Source: a bacterium (GTDB lineage Bacteria > Hinthialibacterota > Hinthialibacteria > Hinthialibacterales > Hinthialibacteraceae). From it: DNA of 64,000 bases. A model generated the notes under the pieces. It did no database searches. It had not been told where the DNA came from and was given only the letters and a program-made list of their open reading frames with translations. The position numbers were made by a program, and so were the translations under genes. Numbering within the stretch: the first letter of the stretch is position 1; each line of letters begins with the position of its first letter. The DNA is taken from NCBI GenBank assembly GCA_963662285.2, contig CAXXMV010000001.1:960001-1024000 (forward strand), given 5' to 3'. This document shows positions 59,614 to 64,000 of this stretch, in pieces.

Positions 59614-60255
59614 TCAGAAGGATGAATTCCTGGTTGACCAGCGGTAAATATCCCCTCTACTCACCGTACCATTACTGGGATTATAAATGGTAACAGACAG
59701 AAATCCCGATAATGCTGAATCGCATACCGGGCAATCTGAACCTCCAGAGTGTTTAATGTCCGGTGGATAGTAATAAATCTGCGCTAATCGACTATCCGGT
59801 CCGGAACTGGCAATCATGGCGTATTTATCACCCAGATTTATGGCTCCCCGCTGACCGGAACGATCAGCCCGACCATAACAATAAGCGTTTGATCCTATAA
59901 ATTCGGTCATATCAACTAATCCGGCGCCATTATCATATGAATGAGCAAAAGGATCAGATGGGACGGCGGATAAATAGGCCAACGGCGAAGTCAGAGGATT
60001 CAGCCGTGCGACCAAATTGAATGCATCAGTATTGTCCGGGATAGATTCCGGCAGGGAATTATGATCGATGCGGTAGGCCTCAAGAGCCACAAAGATTACC
60101 CGTGATTCTTCTTCAATACGAGCAACTTTAGCGCGTATCATGGCCGATAAGAAATTTGGAACCGCAATAGCCGCCAAGATTCCGATTATGGCGACCACTA
60201 TGAGTAATTCTATTAAGGTAAAACCAGTTTGCTTAAATCTTAACATTATGGTCAA
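59614..60255 (-). CDS. Prepilin-type N-methylation protein (type II secretion pseudopilin-like)
   Basis: G|FTLIELLIVVAIIGILAAIAVPNF, ALEAYRID, LTSPLAY, DPF, SSGPD, YNPSNG. Confidence 0.88.
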   Translation of the reverse strand: MTIMLRFKQTGFTLIELLIVVAIIGILAAIAVPNFLSAMIRAKVARIEEESRVIFVALEAYRIDHNSLPESIPDNTDAFNLVARLNPLTSPLAYLSAVPSDPFAHSYDNGAGLVDMTEFIGSNAYCYGRADRSGQRGAINLGDKYAMIASSGPDSRLAQIYYYPPDIKHSGGSDCPVCDSALSGFLSVTIYNPSNGTVSRGDIYRWSTRNSSF

Positions 60256-60267
60256 CTCATTTCCTGG

Positions 60268-61533
60268 TTAAAACATAGACCAATCGTTTACGCTGCTGGC
60301 GATACTAAGGGGAAGAACGGAAAGAAAATATGGCGCCGCTTCACAATCAATATAGGAGGCGCTGAATGTTTCCACATCAACCACCATAATCTGGTCAGAC
60401 TGGGTTAATCCCAAATAGGCTTTTTTACTATCCGGCGAGAAATCCTGGGCAAAAAAACCAATTTGACTTGGATAGGATAATTCAAATTGCTGAGCAACAG
60501 TCATATAATCCACTGAATCAGGATCACAATTGATTAGGTGAACTACTTGGATATCCTGATCAAAGGGTTTATTAAAATCACCCGCCGCAATCCATTTCCC
60601 GTCTGGACTGTAGGCATACCCTTTGCAGCTAACGCTATTAACCTTTGTCATCTTCTCCGTCTGCAAATCTATGGAAAAGAAATAACTGCCCGGTTCGGCA
60701 TCCCAATGGCAGTTGCCAACAATATGTTGACCATCAGGCGATATTCTCAACGAAGGAGTCATGTGACCTTCGGTAGTGAGAATAGTCTTTAGATGAACGT
60801 CTTTTTCGGCGCCCTGAGTTCCAAAAACCTCAATGCCTCCAGCGCAGGAGATATAGACTTTCTTTGTTACCGTCGAGTAAACCACTGAGTGGGGCAAGGG
60901 AAGAATATTTGAATCGGTGAGGCGTTTTTCTTTAGTAATCCCATCGATGATATCGACTCCACCGGGGTTGTCGCTCCCCATAAAGCGGGTCGCAAATATG
61001 TCATATCCAGATTCATTAACAGGAAAACCAATAGTCGCATGATGATGTCCAGCATCAATAGTTTCTATTGCGAAGGTACTGGGATCAATCAGGCTAATAG
61101 CGTCATCACCATCGTTAGTTGAGCATATTTTATTATCAGGAGTTACATAAATATGATAAGGCTTGTTGCCAGATAAAATCGATTTCAAATGAATGATAGA
61201 ACCGGGAAAACCGCTATAGTCAAAGGCTTCAATAGTTCCGCCATCTTCGGAATCTCCATTCGGGCAAGTAACAAAAAACCTTTTGAGTGATGGTATAACG
61301 CGAATAAAACGAGGAGTATTTTCGAAAAACGAACCTGGAGGGGTATAAGAGAAAACCATTGCACCGCCAGAATCATAAACCGCAATCATCTTATTCACAT
61401 CATTTTTATGACTTACCGCGATAAGATGATCAGCTGCATAAGTTAAATTCCCCAAAATAAGACTTGAAACAAAGCATGAAATGATCAAACTAAATTTATT
61501 ATAAATAATTGAATGCTTTATATTGCTAATCAT
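60268..61533 (-). CDS. Secreted His-rich beta-propeller (YncE/AztD-like)
   Basis: Signal peptide, repeated blade motifs (TPDNK, SPDGQ, SPDGK, SPDSK), His clusters KPYH, GHHH, LPHS, EGHM, CHW; ends SSVNDWSMF. Confidence 0.72.
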   Translation of the reverse strand: MISNIKHSIIYNKFSLIISCFVSSLILGNLTYAADHLIAVSHKNDVNKMIAVYDSGGAMVFSYTPPGSFFENTPRFIRVIPSLKRFFVTCPNGDSEDGGTIEAFDYSGFPGSIIHLKSILSGNKPYHIYVTPDNKICSTNDGDDAISLIDPSTFAIETIDAGHHHATIGFPVNESGYDIFATRFMGSDNPGGVDIIDGITKEKRLTDSNILPLPHSVVYSTVTKKVYISCAGGIEVFGTQGAEKDVHLKTILTTEGHMTPSLRISPDGQHIVGNCHWDAEPGSYFFSIDLQTEKMTKVNSVSCKGYAYSPDGKWIAAGDFNKPFDQDIQVVHLINCDPDSVDYMTVAQQFELSYPSQIGFFAQDFSPDSKKAYLGLTQSDQIMVVDVETFSASYIDCEAAPYFLSVLPLSIASSVNDWSMF

Positions 61534-61620
61534 TAGTAGACTCCTTTAGAAAGTGTTGTAGTTGATAGATTATCAAAAGATGTAAATTTTTGAAAACACC
61601 CTGATTTCAATACAAGTAAA

Positions 61621-61643
61621 TTTTGTTATGTGTTATAACAAAA
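61621..61643. promoter_or_regulatory. Palindrome with Zur/Fur-like half-sites
   Basis: TTTTGTTAT-GTGTT-ATAACAAAA, about 90 nt upstream of the propeller gene. Confidence 0.35.
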
Positions 61644-61787
61644 AATCACAGGCTATATCATCATGATAATCGCCAATATTTATTGGCGATAACGCCTGCT
61701 GCATAGACCAGTAGTGCACGATTGTGAAGATTCAGTGAATTGATCGAGATTTTTTATAAAGATAGAGGTACAGAATTAATAAAAAAT

Positions 61788-62162
61788 CTAGCAGGACAAT
61801 CCTAAAGGAGGAGCGCGGGGAGAAAAATTATTTGTTGCATCAAGTAAAAAGAAACAATCCCCGGGCGAGATAATGCTTTCTATTTCATAGAAAGCATCTA
61901 AAAAAGATGATTGAACTAACGAGGTTTTGGCATATTGATTAAACTGACAAATCAAACATTCATGATCATCTTCGGTAACATGCTCATAAACATGATCCTC
62001 TTGGCAAATCGATGCAATCTGTCCAGAGTCAACTGAATGCGCAAGACCATGCTGATGATGAAAAGGCGAATGCATGGAAGCAGACAGCACCGCAAAGATA
62101 TACAAAATCAATGCTATACGGTCAGACGATATAAGTTTTGATCTGCCAAAGGTTTTAATCAT
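61788..62162 (-). CDS. DUF2946/CruR-like leader protein with RAPP arrest motif
   Basis: N-terminal hydrophobic helix, HSPFHHQH, DDHECLICQF (CxxC), C-terminal FSPRAPP five residues before the stop. Confidence 0.78.
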   Translation of the reverse strand: MIKTFGRSKLISSDRIALILYIFAVLSASMHSPFHHQHGLAHSVDSGQIASICQEDHVYEHVTEDDHECLICQFNQYAKTSLVQSSFLDAFYEIESIISPGDCFFLLDATNNFSPRAPPLGLSC

Positions 62163-62195
62163 ATATAATTCACAAATTCATCACCTTTTTTAAAC

Positions 62196-62223
62196 ATCGT
62201 ATTTCTTTATCCAAAAATGTCAA
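62196..62223 (-). promoter_or_regulatory. Putative sigma-70 promoter of the RAPP-leader operon
   Basis: TTGACA-16 nt-TACGAT directly after the terminator and 34 nt before the start codon. Confidence 0.5.
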
Positions 62224-62224
62224 G

Positions 62225-62262
62225 AAAAAAACGGAACTGAAAAGCCGGGGGATTCAGTTCCG
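62225..62262 (-). terminator. Intrinsic terminator separating glnA from the downstream operon
   Basis: CGGAACTGAA stem followed by T7 on the minus strand. Confidence 0.7.
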
Positions 62263-62348
62263 CATAAATAAATCGCAGATTATATTTATGATTTTTTTTA
62301 ATTCAAGTAAGGTCTAGTCAACAATTATCCTGACTGGAATAAGCGTGC

Positions 62349-62376
62349 GGCAGAACCTTGGAAACAAGGTTCTGCC
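62349..62376. terminator. Hairpin immediately downstream of glnA
   Basis: GGCAGAACCTTG-GAAA-CAAGGTTCTGCC, perfect 12-bp stem, no U tail. Confidence 0.55.
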
Positions 62377-62403
62377 AACTCGCGAATATTAAACATAGAT
62401 TAA

Positions 62404-63819
62404 TTAGCAATCGTAATACATGAAGAATTCATAAGGATGTGGACGAAGGCTAAGCGGCCCAATCTCTTCAGTGCGCTTGTACTCAATCCAGGTATCAATA
62501 ACATCCTTGGTAAATACATCGCCTTGCAGAAGGAAATCGTGATCGGCTTCCAAAGCATCCACGGCGCCAGCTAGTGAACCAGGAACCTGTGGTATTTTAG
62601 CCAGTTCTTCAGCAGGTAAGTCATAAAGGTTCTTATCGAGTGCATCGCCTGGATCAATCTTATTAAGGATTCCATCCATACCAGCCATAGCGATGGAGGC
62701 GAAGCAGAAGTGCGGATTACAGGATGGATCCGGGCAACGGAATTCAACCCGCTTGGCTTTGGGGCTTGGCGAATACATCGGGATACGAATGGCCGCGCTA
62801 CGGTTGCGCTGTGAATAAGCCAGGTTAACTGGAGCCTCGTAACCTGGAACCAGACGTTTATACGAGTTAGTGGTTGGCGCCGCGAAAGCGATCAGCGCGG
62901 GAGCGTGCTTCAAGATTCCACCAATGTAATGTAGAGCCATTTCAGAAAGACCGGCGAATTTGTCGCCTGCGAAAAGAGGCGTATCGCCTTTCCAAAGACT
63001 TGAGTGAACATGCATTCCAGAACCATTGTCTGCAAATAATGGTTTCGGCATAAAGGTTACAGTCTTGCCATATTTCTTAGCGACATTCTTGACAACATAC
63101 TTGTACATCATGACCTGGTCAGCCATGTGAACCAGTGGTCCGAATTTCATATCGATTTCGCACTGGCCGGCAGTAGCGACTTCGTGGTGATGGGCTTCAA
63201 TCTCAATGCCAATGCTCATCAACACATCTACCATCTCAGAACGGATATCCTGAAGCGCATCTACTGGAGCACAAGGAAAATAACCTTCTTTGTGACGCGG
63301 ACGATGTCCCAGGTTTCCGCCTTCTACATCGGCGTCTGAATTCCAGATGCCTTCTTCTGAATCGATCTCATACATACCGTAATGAGAAGTCTGGCCGAAA
63401 CGGACGCTATCAAAGATAAAGAATTCAGCTTCCGGGCCGAAATAAGCTGTATCAGCGATTCCAGTTGATTTAATATATTCAACGCATTTGGCTGCTACAT
63501 TACGTGGATCACGCGAATAAGGAACACGGGTAATAGGATCAATGATCGTACAGGTCAAAGAAAGCGTCGGTAAATCAGTGAAGGGATCAATAAAAGCAGT
63601 AGTAGGATCAGGCAGCATCAACATATCACTTTCATCGATTGCTTTCCATCCACGGATGCTTGATCCGTCAAAACCATAGCCATCTTCGAACGAATCTTCT
63701 TCCAGGCAATTAACCGGCACCGAAAAATGCTGCCAGGTTCCAAGAAAATCCTGAAACTTGAAATCGACGAACTTGATTGATTTTTCTTTGATTAGACCTA
63801 GGACTTCTTGAGGCGTCAT
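62404..63819 (-). CDS. glnA: Glutamine synthetase type I
   Basis: [59 protein letters not shown] adenylylation site. ATG 63819 follows AAGGAG. Confidence 0.98.
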   Translation of the reverse strand: MTPQEVLGLIKEKSIKFVDFKFQDFLGTWQHFSVPVNCLEEDSFEDGYGFDGSSIRGWKAIDESDMLMLPDPTTAFIDPFTDLPTLSLTCTIIDPITRVPYSRDPRNVAAKCVEYIKSTGIADTAYFGPEAEFFIFDSVRFGQTSHYGMYEIDSEEGIWNSDADVEGGNLGHRPRHKEGYFPCAPVDALQDIRSEMVDVLMSIGIEIEAHHHEVATAGQCEIDMKFGPLVHMADQVMMYKYVVKNVAKKYGKTVTFMPKPLFADNGSGMHVHSSLWKGDTPLFAGDKFAGLSEMALHYIGGILKHAPALIAFAAPTTNSYKRLVPGYEAPVNLAYSQRNRSAAIRIPMYSPSPKAKRVEFRCPDPSCNPHFCFASIAMAGMDGILNKIDPGDALDKNLYDLPAEELAKIPQVPGSLAGAVDALEADHDFLLQGDVFTKDVIDTWIEYKRTEEIGPLSLRPHPYEFFMYYDC

Positions 63820-64000
63820 AATTAATACTCCTTCTAATTGAACGGATTTTTTTAACGGCTTACGCCGATATTCTTGCAAAAACAATTTATTGTTTTTGTG
63901 ACTTTTTATTAATAAAGATTATCACAGCGCTTCTTTACACAATGATCAAAGGTATCATTCTCTAGAGAACAATTATATTTGTCATCAGAGCGATTCTTCT

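Overview
Bacterial chromosomal window, about 42% GC by eye, mostly housekeeping genes on the minus strand. It comes from a diderm (lpxA, lpxC-fabZ, lpxD, bamA, skp) that also has Firmicute/PVC-style genes (hprK-ptsH-ptsI, mcsA-mcsB-clpC, ymdB, jag). This mix, plus the prepilin family and a C-terminal DW motif, suggests an uncultured lineage such as Sumerlaeota or Hinthialibacterota (inference only). No rRNA, tRNA, CRISPR array, prophage or transposase was recognised. Main points: (1) At 59.6-62.2 kb a His/CxxC-rich DUF2946/CruR-like leader ORF ending in the ribosome-arrest motif RAPP precedes a His-rich AztD-like beta-propeller and a CxxC pseudopilin instead of the usual TonB receptor; this is a candidate metal-sensing arrest-peptide system. 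(2) GGCGCC is strongly over-represented (at least 47 copies by eye versus about 6 GCCGGC), like a highly iterated palindrome. (3) LpxD lacks its catalytic His, and two secreted carbohydrate-enzyme-like proteins also look catalytically degenerate. (4) bamA appears to start at a CTG overlapping the clpC stop; both genes carry 1-nt frameshifts that are probably sequencing errors. (5) Four intergenic repeat families are present (TAGAG-ended MITE-like, two GTAG REP-like, BoxC-like). (6) Also noted: an 11-bp-phased DnaA-box-like array near rpmH, a sigma-54 promoter with an NtrC-type site before hsp20, an RGG-repeat tail on Jag, and two SAM methyltransferases with signal peptides.
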